A model generated the notes under the pieces. That model was not told where the DNA came from. It was given only the letters and a program-made list of their open reading frames with translations, and ran no database searches. Positions 16,418 to 25,087 of a stretch of 64,000 nt of DNA are shown in pieces (the first letter of the stretch is position 1; each line of letters opens with the position of its first letter). A program made the translations under genes and the position numbers. This DNA is from Candidatus Saccharimonadota bacterium (lineage in GTDB: Bacteria; Patescibacteriota; Saccharimonadia; Saccharimonadales; Saccharimonadaceae): NCBI GenBank assembly GCA_009776375.1, contig WRNW01000001.1, forward strand, positions 34,600-98,599. Direction: 5' to 3'.

Positions 16418-17905
16418 ATGAAACCTGCAGCATTCAATAAGTTGGTCAAGGAAAAATTCCCACGAGCAGCTGACCAGGAAAAGTTGGCCGCAGTTGTCGC
16501 CTATGCGACCGACAAACACGCTGGCCAAACCAGGCTGAGTGGTGATCCATACATTACCCACCCGCTGGCCGTGGCGGCGACCTTGATCGAATGGGACATG
16601 GATATCGATAGTATTATCGCCGGACTGCTCCACGATATTGCCGAAGACACCGAGACTGGACTCCAGGAAATCGAAACTCTGTTCGGCAAAGACGTCGCCC
16701 TCCTCGTCGACGGCGTCACCAAGGTCAGCAAAGCGCGTGCTCGTCGTCGCGATATTACGACCTACCTGCCGGAAACGCGCGATAATTTGACTAAACTATT
16801 AGTCGCCATCGGTTCGGACGTGCGAGTGATCATCGTTAAATTGGCCGATCGTTTGCATAATCTGCGGACTTTGGAATTTCAACCGCTCGAGAAACAACTC
16901 AAACTCGCTCGTGAATCGCTCGAAGTTTTTGGACCTTTGGCGGATCGATTGAATATGGGACAGACTCGCGTCCAAATCGAAGATCTCAGTTTCAGTTATC
17001 TCGCGCCCAAACGTTATAATAGTCTAAAGAGTGAGATCGATCGACGCCTCGGGGCCGCCAAGACACGCTTGGATCAAATTCGCGCCGAAGTTATCGCCAA
17101 ACTTCACGAAGAAAAACTCGATTTCGAAATGGACGGTCGAGTTAAATCGATTTATTCTCTTCATAAAAAATTATCTAAATATACCAACGACAAGGGTGAG
17201 GAGGATCTCGATTCGATTTATGATCTGATTGCGCTACGGATTATTGTTGATGATGTGACGACCTGTTATTTGGTGCTGGGACTATTACATTCGATGTATC
17301 TGCCGCTGATCGGTCGGATCAAGGATTATATCGCGCAACCAAAACCGAATGGTTATCAGTCGCTGCACACCACCGTTCAAACGCCCAACGGACAAATCGT
17401 CGAGTTTCAAATCCGCACGAAAGCGATGCACGAATTCGCCGAGCACGGGTTGGCGGCTTCCTTTCATTATAACGAGCAAAAATTGAACGAAGTTTATAAA
17501 ACCGGAAATTTGGCGCCGTTACCGGAAAATTTGCTCTGGATTCGCCAACTGCAGGAGGCGGTCGCCAAATTACGTTCTGGCAAAAAAGTTGATTTTAGCG
17601 CTCTCCGACTCGATTTATTTTCCGATCGGGTTTTTGTTTACACCCCCCAGGGCGACATTTTTGATCTGCCGAAAGGTTCGCTACCACTCGATTTTGCTTA
17701 TCGGGTGCATTCTGATATCGGTAACCAAGCCCATAGTTTTAAAATCAACGGACGCATCGCCAAAGCCAACACCGAGCTGAAAACTGGCGACGTCGTTGAA
17801 GTCATCACCAGTCCCAAAACCAAACCGAGTTTTCGATGGTTAAATCGCATTTTTACCACTCACGCTCGTTCGAAAATTCGTCAAAAACTTAATCAGAAAA
17901 AATAA
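16418..17905 (+). CDS. RelA/SpoT-homologue (p)ppGpp synthetase/hydrolase
   Basis: HD domain (HDIAEDT), synthetase motif (YQSLHT), TGS domain (FVYTPQGDIFDLPKGS). Confidence 0.9.
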   Translation: MKPAAFNKLVKEKFPRAADQEKLAAVVAYATDKHAGQTRLSGDPYITHPLAVAATLIEWDMDIDSIIAGLLHDIAEDTETGLQEIETLFGKDVALLVDGVTKVSKARARRRDITTYLPETRDNLTKLLVAIGSDVRVIIVKLADRLHNLRTLEFQPLEKQLKLARESLEVFGPLADRLNMGQTRVQIEDLSFSYLAPKRYNSLKSEIDRRLGAAKTRLDQIRAEVIAKLHEEKLDFEMDGRVKSIYSLHKKLSKYTNDKGEEDLDSIYDLIALRIIVDDVTTCYLVLGLLHSMYLPLIGRIKDYIAQPKPNGYQSLHTTVQTPNGQIVEFQIRTKAMHEFAEHGLAASFHYNEQKLNEVYKTGNLAPLPENLLWIRQLQEAVAKLRSGKKVDFSALRLDLFSDRVFVYTPQGDIFDLPKGSLPLDFAYRVHSDIGNQAHSFKINGRIAKANTELKTGDVVEVITSPKTKPSFRWLNRIFTTHARSKIRQKLNQKK

Positions 17906-17908
17906 TGT

Positions 17909-17938
17909 TTGACATGATAAAAATGCTTGTGCTACAAT
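17909..17938 (+). promoter_or_regulatory. canonical promoter TTGACA-18-TGCTACAAT for the TasA-like operon
   Basis: -35 at 17909-17914 and -10 at 17933-17938. The 5' UTR hairpin TCTCAA-GTATTG-TTGAGA (17958-17975) abuts the SD. Confidence 0.7.
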
Positions 17939-17991
17939 AGGGGACGTCAATTTAAATTCTCAAGTATTGTTGAGAAGGAGGGTAATAAGTA

Positions 17992-18618
17992 ATGGCAAAA
18001 AAGAAAAATCTAGGGCTCGACAAGAAGACCCTGAATTACATCATCGCTGGTTTTGCGGTGTTGGTTTTGGGCGGTGTTGTCTGGGCAGCTTCGACGGGTG
18101 TGCTACAAATCACTGGTTCGGTCAGTCGCGGTACATCAGTTGACCTCGACTTTATCACGGCATCATGCGTTACGCCGAAAACCGGTTATGGCACCGATGG
18201 TGTCACCTCGACCGGCGCGGCTGGCGGTGACCTCGGTTGCGGTCTCGTGATCGGTAATCGACCGGCCGTGGCTAACGGGGCTAACGACACTTTGACATTT
18301 GGTATGTTCCTAGGTGACGCTGGCGACGCGGAAACTGTCCAGTTCTATATCAAGAACGTTGGTGCGGTTGATACAACTCTTAGCGCAATTAATGTGACTG
18401 ATACAACCGGTTTTGGGGCCAGCCCAACTGGTAATGATATCACGCTCGGTGGTACTTATGCTTCAGGACTCGCTTCCCCGCTGTGTCTCGAGCCAGGTGA
18501 TCAGGTTGGACCATTCACCATTTCGGCGACTTGGCCATCAGGTTTGACTGGTGCGAGTGGCGATGCGTCGTTTGCAGCCGATCTTGATTATGCGGAAGCT
18601 TCCGTTGCTTGTATCTAG
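17992..18618 (+). CDS. TasA/camelysin-like secreted protein, paralog 1
   Basis: Basic N-terminus, TM helix, VWA|ASTGVLQITG, DAGDAETVQFYIKNVGAV, ATWPSG. Confidence 0.55.
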   Translation: MAKKKNLGLDKKTLNYIIAGFAVLVLGGVVWAASTGVLQITGSVSRGTSVDLDFITASCVTPKTGYGTDGVTSTGAAGGDLGCGLVIGNRPAVANGANDTLTFGMFLGDAGDAETVQFYIKNVGAVDTTLSAINVTDTTGFGASPTGNDITLGGTYASGLASPLCLEPGDQVGPFTISATWPSGLTGASGDASFAADLDYAEASVACI

Positions 18619-18654
18619 AAACGTAACTAAAAAGACGAAAAGTTAGGAGAAGAA

Positions 18655-19188
18655 ATGGCGCTCCGAAAAAGAGTTAACTTACGCAGGTTAGCAGCGCCAA
18701 TTGCAGTAGCTGCGGTGTTAGTCGTGTCTGGTATCGTCTACGCCGCAGCTTCTGGCTATCTCAATTTTAGTGGTTCAGTCGGGCGGAATGCCAGCTGTAA
18801 ATTAAATATTGAGGCAGCGAGCAATGTCAATTCTAGTTCGACGACGCTCTATCAGGCGGATCCGACCGTCACCGCGACGGTTGATGGATCGACGCGCGAA
18901 ACTCTGAGTTTTTCGACCAACCTGACCTATGGCGATCCCGCCAAGGAAATCACTTTCCAGGTGATCAATGTCGGCAACTGTTACCAAGAGCTCGGTGAGT
19001 TAGAAATTTTGACCTCGCCCAGTAATGGTATCACTGTGACTTGGCCAGATCTCGATGGTCTTCAACTCGAGCCAGAAGCTTCGACCGGAACGATGACGAT
19101 CGAAGTCGAGTGGGCGTCTAATCCGTCGTCACAAACCACTGAAACAATGTCAGCCAGGATTGATTATTTCGAATACGTTCCAGATTAG
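18655..19188 (+). CDS. TasA/camelysin-like secreted protein, paralog 2
   Basis: VYA|AASGYLNFSG, GDPAKEITFQVINVGN, VTWPDLDG. Confidence 0.55.
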   Translation: MALRKRVNLRRLAAPIAVAAVLVVSGIVYAAASGYLNFSGSVGRNASCKLNIEAASNVNSSSTTLYQADPTVTATVDGSTRETLSFSTNLTYGDPAKEITFQVINVGNCYQELGELEILTSPSNGITVTWPDLDGLQLEPEASTGTMTIEVEWASNPSSQTTETMSARIDYFEYVPD

Positions 19189-19237
19189 TCCTAAATAATA
19201 GGGGAAGGAGTTTGCTTGACCAAAGCTAGCAACAGCC

Positions 19238-19786
19238 ATGGCAAAGAAACTAAAGAAGCAATCGAGTTTTAAAAGAGCGGTCGCGTTCGCTAAACGACAT
19301 CGCGTCAGTATGTCGTTGATATTTTTGTTTTTCCTCGGTTTTATTTCGACAGGTCTAGCCTATGCGGCGGTGACTGGCGAATTACGCTGGTTTGGTACAA
19401 CGGCTTGGCTTAGTCAAACTAATGTTGATATTACTGGCGGTAAACTCCGTGACCTGAGTAATCCGGGAGATAGTCTAAGTGTTTCGATGGATGGTAAAAC
19501 CATAGTCTTTCATCTAGAATTTGAGAAAATCGATACACCAAAGTGGATTGATTTTTGTCTGACCAATAATGGTGCTGCGAACGTGTTATTTAGCACACCA
19601 ACGGTTTCACCACCAACCGATCCGAATGTCACGGTGATTTGGCCAGCGCTGGCGGGGGTGACGTTGAACGTTGGGCAAACTGTCTGTAACACGCTAACCC
19701 AGGTCCAGGTTTATTACACGGCGATGCCAACGAGCGGTCCTTATTCAGCAACGATGGATATGAGTATTAATTATGAGCAAATTTAA
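19238..19786 (+). CDS. TasA/camelysin-like secreted protein, paralog 3
   Basis: AYA|AVTGELRWFG, WIDFCLTNNGAA, VIWPALAG. Confidence 0.5.
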   Translation: MAKKLKKQSSFKRAVAFAKRHRVSMSLIFLFFLGFISTGLAYAAVTGELRWFGTTAWLSQTNVDITGGKLRDLSNPGDSLSVSMDGKTIVFHLEFEKIDTPKWIDFCLTNNGAANVLFSTPTVSPPTDPNVTVIWPALAGVTLNVGQTVCNTLTQVQVYYTAMPTSGPYSATMDMSINYEQI

Positions 19787-20378
19787 TGATGATAAATTAA
19801 AGAGTCATAGTTCCGTCAATATCTATAAACGGCGTTATTCGGCACGTGTGAAATTATTAATCGCCATCATGGTTTTTGCTTTTTCGTTTTCGGTTTCGTC
19901 GGTTTATGCGTTGTCGACCGGTTGGTTGACAATGACAGGTCTGGCGGCGCGCACCGAAATTATCCAAGCGATTTTTTCTTCGGCGAATTTGGTCGGAGCA
20001 CCGCGGGCGGGCGAAACTGTGACAATTTCCTCGGCGGATGCTGATCGGGTGATTAATGCTTCGTTGCTGCTGGCTGGACCGGGCGATTCGCGAACTATTC
20101 AATTCAAAATTACCAATACTGGTAACCAGGCGATTCGTTTGCTGAATCTGTCGCCTTATGTCGAGAGTAGCGGTACTGGGCTAACTGTGCAGTGGCCGGA
20201 TGATATTGGTGGTACGCCCAATCTAACGAATTATGTGATAACACCAGGTACAACGTCAGATACTTTTTCGATTATTGTTGGTTGGGATGTTAGTGCGACG
20301 AATGTTGATACCGGTTTGTTTCGTAATTTCTCGATGACTTTTAGTTTTCAGAATGCTAGTTTACCATATGGACCATAA
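19773..20378 (+). CDS. TasA/camelysin-like secreted protein, paralog 4
   Basis: VYA|LSTGWLTMTG. LAGPGDSRTIQFKITNTGNQAIRL resembles the TasA NLKPGD..F.F.NNGSLAI block. VQWPDDIG. Confidence 0.55.
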   Translation: MSKFNDDKLKSHSSVNIYKRRYSARVKLLIAIMVFAFSFSVSSVYALSTGWLTMTGLAARTEIIQAIFSSANLVGAPRAGETVTISSADADRVINASLLLAGPGDSRTIQFKITNTGNQAIRLLNLSPYVESSGTGLTVQWPDDIGGTPNLTNYVITPGTTSDTFSIIVGWDVSATNVDTGLFRNFSMTFSFQNASLPYGP

Positions 20379-20396
20379 AAGGAGGATCTATTAGAA

Positions 20397-21056
20397 ATGA
20401 CAGTGCCAGTTAAAAGAACCATTCGCAAAATCGCTAGCCTTAGCGCGGTGATGGCTTTTACTGGTTTGGTGATTAGTCTAGGGATTACCTATGCGGTTGG
20501 CGCGGGCCAAATGGAGATTAGCGGGCAGGCGTTCTTTATGGTGCAGAGTGGACTCGATCCGTTGATTTTGCCGATCGCACCGACGCCAGATGGTAATGGA
20601 GATTATTTTACATTTAATGCTACTGGTAATGGTACAGTGCAAATTCTTGAGCAGGATTACCTGAGCGGTGACCTGTATCTGTCAATTTGTGCGATGAACT
20701 CGAACAACGGTAATGTTTCGGGGTCGTTTACGTTTGCTTTTGCTAATCCAACAGTTTATGACTGGACGAGTGGCAGTGCCAGCTTCGTTTCACCCTGGCC
20801 GGTCAATCAGGGAGGTCTAGCAAATAATTCCTTTACCTTTAACTCGAGTTCGGTTTCACCAACGACTTTGTTGGCTGGTAATTCCGCCACCGTGACGTTT
20901 GCTTTCCAGGCCCAACTCGGCAAACCTGCTACTCAGGGTTCAGCGATTATTACGGTGCAATACACTGTCGCCGAGGATTATCTCCAACCGATCAAACAAA
21001 CGCATATTTATGTGAAATATTATCCGCGTGACGCGACTTATGGATGTAGCCTATGA
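20397..21056 (+). CDS. TasA/camelysin-like secreted protein, paralog 5 (most divergent)
   Basis: TYA|VGAGQMEISG and SPWPVNQG; same architecture; ATGA overlap with the peptidase gene. Confidence 0.45.
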   Translation: MTVPVKRTIRKIASLSAVMAFTGLVISLGITYAVGAGQMEISGQAFFMVQSGLDPLILPIAPTPDGNGDYFTFNATGNGTVQILEQDYLSGDLYLSICAMNSNNGNVSGSFTFAFANPTVYDWTSGSASFVSPWPVNQGGLANNSFTFNSSSVSPTTLLAGNSATVTFAFQAQLGKPATQGSAIITVQYTVAEDYLQPIKQTHIYVKYYPRDATYGCSL

Positions 21057-22204
21057 TCAAGAAAAAGTGGTTGGTTTTAATTATTTACACCGCCATGGTG
21101 GTAATTCACGGTCTGGCTCTAGTTATTCCAGCGAATTTTTATGATACTTATTTTAATATCCTCCGACCGCTCGCCTACATCGCGCTAGTGATTTTTGCTT
21201 ACTTTAGTTTTGGCAAGAATTACCGGCTGCATGGTGGGAAAACTACCCTGACGATGGTGGCGATTTTGGGAGTGGTTCTCTATGTTGGATTTACTTTCGC
21301 TGCCGGATTGTTCACTAATTTTGCGGCCAATGCGATGGATACTTCGCCGCTGGGACTGTTGCGCAATGGTTGGGCGTATCTCCTGGTGATTGTTATTCGT
21401 GAACTATTGCGCGCCCAGATTATGACGTCGTTTGGCGAAAAGTCGAAATACTGGATGTGCATTGTCATGACGATTGTCTTTACGTTCTGCTGTATCGATA
21501 ATTTACCAAATGTGCTGCGTTTTGATCTCTGGCAACAGGTTGATTATATCTTTACGACGCTGCTGCCGCTGCTGGCGCTGAACCTCTGGCTGTCTTATTC
21601 GGCGCTCAATGGTGGTCTAACTAGTAACTTGATTTTCATTTGTGCCTATTACGCGGTCGCGCTATTTTGTCCGATTCTGCCGAATATTCCGAAAATTCTC
21701 GATGCGATTGCGATTTATTGTATTACCTTTATTATGTTTATTATTTATGACAGTATCGAATGGATGGCCAAACGCCGCGATGGTTTGAATGTCCAATATC
21801 ACGACAAACGTCATTGGTGGGTGATGATTTTCCCCGGGATCGTGCTAGCGGTTTGTGTGATGTTTGGTCTAGGTATTTTTCCGATTATTCCGGTGGCGGT
21901 GGCGTCTGATTCGATGTCACCCGAATTCAAACATGGCGATTTGGTTTATGTCATCAAAATACCGATTGATGATTTGGAGCGGGGCGATATTTTGCAATAT
22001 ACCCAAGGCAACATCTCGATTGTTCATCGGATAATCGACATTAAATACACGCCGAGCGGTGCGCGTTATTTTGTCACCCAGGGCGATAATAATGCGACTC
22101 CTGATGTCTGGCCGGTTTACGACCACCAAGTGGTTGGCAAGGCCATCGCCCATACCCCTTTCATTGGTTGGCCAGCTTTACTATTTCAAGGTTTAAGGGA
22201 ATAA
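21053..22204 (+). CDS. archaeal/ER (SipW)-type signal peptidase I fused to an N-terminal polytopic membrane domain
   Basis: C-terminal 100 aa: SDSMSPEFKHGDLV, IVHRI, TQGDNN (Ser/His S26B-type pattern). The first ~280 aa contain ~7-8 hydrophobic helices. Confidence 0.7.
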   Translation: MIKKKWLVLIIYTAMVVIHGLALVIPANFYDTYFNILRPLAYIALVIFAYFSFGKNYRLHGGKTTLTMVAILGVVLYVGFTFAAGLFTNFAANAMDTSPLGLLRNGWAYLLVIVIRELLRAQIMTSFGEKSKYWMCIVMTIVFTFCCIDNLPNVLRFDLWQQVDYIFTTLLPLLALNLWLSYSALNGGLTSNLIFICAYYAVALFCPILPNIPKILDAIAIYCITFIMFIIYDSIEWMAKRRDGLNVQYHDKRHWWVMIFPGIVLAVCVMFGLGIFPIIPVAVASDSMSPEFKHGDLVYVIKIPIDDLERGDILQYTQGNISIVHRIIDIKYTPSGARYFVTQGDNNATPDVWPVYDHQVVGKAIAHTPFIGWPALLFQGLRE

Positions 22205-22249
22205 AATGGGGTTGCCAAAACGTTTAAGTTTAACTACAATAGAAAGGAT

Positions 22250-23398
22250 ATGATGAAGAAAAGTAAGAAAAGTTCTACAAAAAATGCATCGACCAAGGCC
22301 GAAGTTAGGACAGGTTTTGTCGCCCTAGCGGTAGTGTGTTTCGTAATCGCAGCGGCGGGTGTAGTGTCGTTCCTTTTAAAAACCGTTGGTGCTGAAGCTC
22401 CGGCTGACTATATTCATATGGCCGAAACTAGTGGTATCGATTACCAGGTCTACCTCAAACCGGACAACGGCGTGGTTAATAAACCATATCTCGGGATGAA
22501 CGAAACTTATACTTATGATATTGTCGATCGTATCGTTTTCACCAATTCTTATACTAGTCAATTGTCGCAAGCCACCAACGTTAAATATAATTACTCGGCG
22601 ACGATTTCGTTTATTGCTCGTGTCGCTCGGGGTAATATTATTAGCGATTCTGATCCAATTATCGCCGAGGAAGTGGTCGAAACACTCTGGCAATATGACG
22701 CTGACCAACCAGACGGCAATTCGAGTTTAGTCGAACGATCCGAAATTAATTTGGAGCGTTTCCGCGATAAGTATTCATCGATTAAATCTAGTTTGGATTT
22801 CACCGTCAGCGGTGAAATTCGGATTGATCTCGTCGTCAAGGCTAGCGATGGCGCTTCGCTCAATAACGAGTACAAACGTTCGATCACGATTCCGATTAGT
22901 CAATCTTACTTTGAAATCAAACTGGGTGGCGAAGACAAAAAAGAAACTGATTTCAATGCACCATCACGAACCACTGCCGAAGTGTTAGCTTTAGTGGCGC
23001 TGGGCGCGGGAGCGATTGGTGCTTTCGCGGTGATGCTCTTTTGCATCAAAAAAGCCCTCAGCTATAAATCCTGGTATCGCGAAGAAATCGATGCGTTGCT
23101 CAGTGATTACGATGACGCGATCATTGCGACCACCACGACGGTCAATCCCAAACACTACAAAGAACACATTGCGGTCGAGAGTTTCAAAGAAATGTTACAA
23201 CTAGCGACCGATATCGGCGAACCGATCATGTACTATGAGACTTCGAAAACGGCGGATTTCTACATTCCCAAGGAAGATATTTTATACACTTTCGTGATTA
23301 GAAAAACCGCCAAAGAACCAGAAGAATTCAAACCTCGACGCGAAATCGAGGCCGAAGAAGAAAAAGCCCTAGCCCACGGCAGCGATCAAAAAGAATAA
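22250..23398 (+). CDS. two-TM membrane protein with large external domain (DUF5305-like architecture, uncertain)
   Basis: TM1 VALAVVCFVIAAAGVVSFLL, a ~210-aa external domain, TM2 LALVALGAGAIGAFAVMLFCI, and a ~110-aa cytoplasmic tail. Confidence 0.45.
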   Translation: MMKKSKKSSTKNASTKAEVRTGFVALAVVCFVIAAAGVVSFLLKTVGAEAPADYIHMAETSGIDYQVYLKPDNGVVNKPYLGMNETYTYDIVDRIVFTNSYTSQLSQATNVKYNYSATISFIARVARGNIISDSDPIIAEEVVETLWQYDADQPDGNSSLVERSEINLERFRDKYSSIKSSLDFTVSGEIRIDLVVKASDGASLNNEYKRSITIPISQSYFEIKLGGEDKKETDFNAPSRTTAEVLALVALGAGAIGAFAVMLFCIKKALSYKSWYREEIDALLSDYDDAIIATTTTVNPKHYKEHIAVESFKEMLQLATDIGEPIMYYETSKTADFYIPKEDILYTFVIRKTAKEPEEFKPRREIEAEEEKALAHGSDQKE

Positions 23399-23406
23399 AT
23401 TTTAAT

Positions 23407-23934
23407 TTATTGTTTGCGCCAGCGATCGATCGCGCTAGCGATGACCTGCTTAGCTTCGTCCAAACCATCAAACGATTGAACGATGGTGCTACCCGGTTTT
23501 TTGAGATCTTTGTAATGATTAAAATGATGTTCGATTTGTTTGATTAATTGTTCTGGGACGTCCTTAAGAGTTTTTATCGAATTACCACTATCGCGATCAT
23601 CAACCGGTACACAAATGATTTTATCATCAACCTCACCATCGTCGGTGAATTTCATCACTCCGAGCACGCGCGCTTTCAAAAAAGTATTCATCGGCAGTGC
23701 GTCGTTCGTAATCACTAGCACATCCAACTCGTCACCGTCTTCGTCCAAAGTTTGCGGAATAAAACCATAATTCGTCGGTTTTGGAAAAATCGCTGGTTCG
23801 ATGCGATCGATTTCGAAAACCTTGAGTCTGCGGTTCCATTCAACTTTGTTGTTACTGCCTTTGGATATTTCAATAACCACGTTGATTTCGCCCGCCTGAA
23901 CATCGCCCGCGTCCAAAACTTGATTCCAGTCCAT
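23407..23934 (-). CDS. ppa: inorganic pyrophosphatase (family I)
   Basis: EISKGSNNKVE and DGDELDVLV. Confidence 0.9.
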   Translation of the reverse strand: MDWNQVLDAGDVQAGEINVVIEISKGSNNKVEWNRRLKVFEIDRIEPAIFPKPTNYGFIPQTLDEDGDELDVLVITNDALPMNTFLKARVLGVMKFTDDGEVDDKIICVPVDDRDSGNSIKTLKDVPEQLIKQIEHHFNHYKDLKKPGSTIVQSFDGLDEAKQVIASAIDRWRKQ

Positions 23935-23966
23935 CTTTCCTCCCTTAGTTAACTATCGCTAAAAGT

Positions 23967-23975
23967 ATTGTATCA
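23967..23975 (-). promoter_or_regulatory. extended -10 TGATACAAT for ppa
   Basis: Leader with AAGGGAGG. Confidence 0.5.
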
Positions 23976-24000
23976 GATTTTTCCCGCAGGTTAAAATATC

Positions 24001-25020
24001 TTACGACTGCACCGCCATGTCGAATGGCTGGTCGGTGATTGGTTGATCGGTCGTTAACGCCACGATTTTGGCTTCGGTTTCTTGTTTGAAAGCCTGAACT
24101 TCGTCGTAGATCCGAGCGGCTTCAGCGGCAGCTCTGGCGGATTCGGCCTTGGCATCAGCCGCACGCGCCAAAACCTCGTTGACAATTTCGCGCGCGTCTT
24201 CGAATCGTTCGACCTTACCGTCTGGCGGTTTTTTGATCAAGAATTCATCCGCCACATTCGGCACGGTGATACTCGGTGAATGTTCGTGGACGGCTTTGTC
24301 GATCGCCTCCAAAATGCTCCGTGCAGCCTCCGTAGCGCGCCTCAGCGCCTCATCGAATTCCTCCGTGTAAGTTTTAACGAAAGCCACTTTGTCCGGATCG
24401 TCCACACCGGGCATTTTGAACTTGAGCTCCGAAGCAAACGGCGGTGGTTCTGGTGTTGTCGTCTCAGGCATCGCGGGTTCTGGTTCTGGCATAACTGGTT
24501 CCGGCACGACCGGTTCTGGGATTGATGGTTCTGGGATTGATGGTTCTGGGATAATTTGTTCTGGTGTCAGCTCCGGCTCTGACGCCGCTTTGGCTGGTGC
24601 GGGAGGCATCAACTCCGGCGGCAATTCGAGTGCTGGTTCTTCTTCGTACTCGGTCGGGAGTAAAACCGACATATCTTCAACTGGCGCACTTGGCGGCCTA
24701 GTTTCGCCAACCTTGGACCAATCGTTGGTAGCGATAGTTTCATTAGGTATGATATCGTCGTCTTGGTCAGCAACAGGCGGTGCGGTCGTCGTTGTAGTTG
24801 AATCATCAGTACCCGCTAGCGGATCGCCAATTTGCGTTGTCGATGCCCGTGGACTAGCAGTCGTCGGATCGGGTGTCGTGGCGGCAGCAGGGTCACTGTT
24901 CTCCGCACCGAGCAATGAATCCGCATCAATCGCCGCCGAACCGCCCACCGGTGCCACGCTGTCCGCTGGCGCACTACTCGCACTCGCATTATCTTCGCTG
25001 AACAGCGTTGAAACGTCCAC
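24001..25020 (-). CDS. Pro/Glu/Thr-rich low-complexity protein with helical C-terminal domain
   Basis: IPEPSIPEPSIPEPVVPEPVMPEPEP from 15-bp repeats; GTG start after AAAGGTGG. Confidence 0.5.
   Translation of the reverse strand: MDVSTLFSEDNASASSAPADSVAPVGGSAAIDADSLLGAENSDPAAATTPDPTTASPRASTTQIGDPLAGTDDSTTTTTAPPVADQDDDIIPNETIATNDWSKVGETRPPSAPVEDMSVLLPTEYEEEPALELPPELMPPAPAKAASEPELTPEQIIPEPSIPEPSIPEPVVPEPVMPEPEPAMPETTTPEPPPFASELKFKMPGVDDPDKVAFVKTYTEEFDEALRRATEAARSILEAIDKAVHEHSPSITVPNVADEFLIKKPPDGKVERFEDAREIVNEVLARAADAKAESARAAAEAARIYDEVQAFKQETEAKIVALTTDQPITDQPFDMAVQS
24473..24562 (-). repeat. 6 x 15-bp in-frame tandem repeat (PEPxx units)
   Basis: GGGATTGATGGTTCT twice exactly, flanked by degenerate copies. 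Confidence 0.8.
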
Positions 25021-25049
25021 TTTTAACCCACCTTTCTTTAACTGCCTCT

Positions 25050-25078
25050 ATATTAGCATAAGAGTTTTTCGCACGCAA
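25050..25078 (-). promoter_or_regulatory. promoter TTGCGT-17-TGCTAATAT for gene 24001-25020
   Basis: -35 is the reverse complement of 25073-25078; -10 is the reverse complement of 25050-25055. Confidence 0.5.
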
Positions 25079-25087
25079 GTCCTCAGG

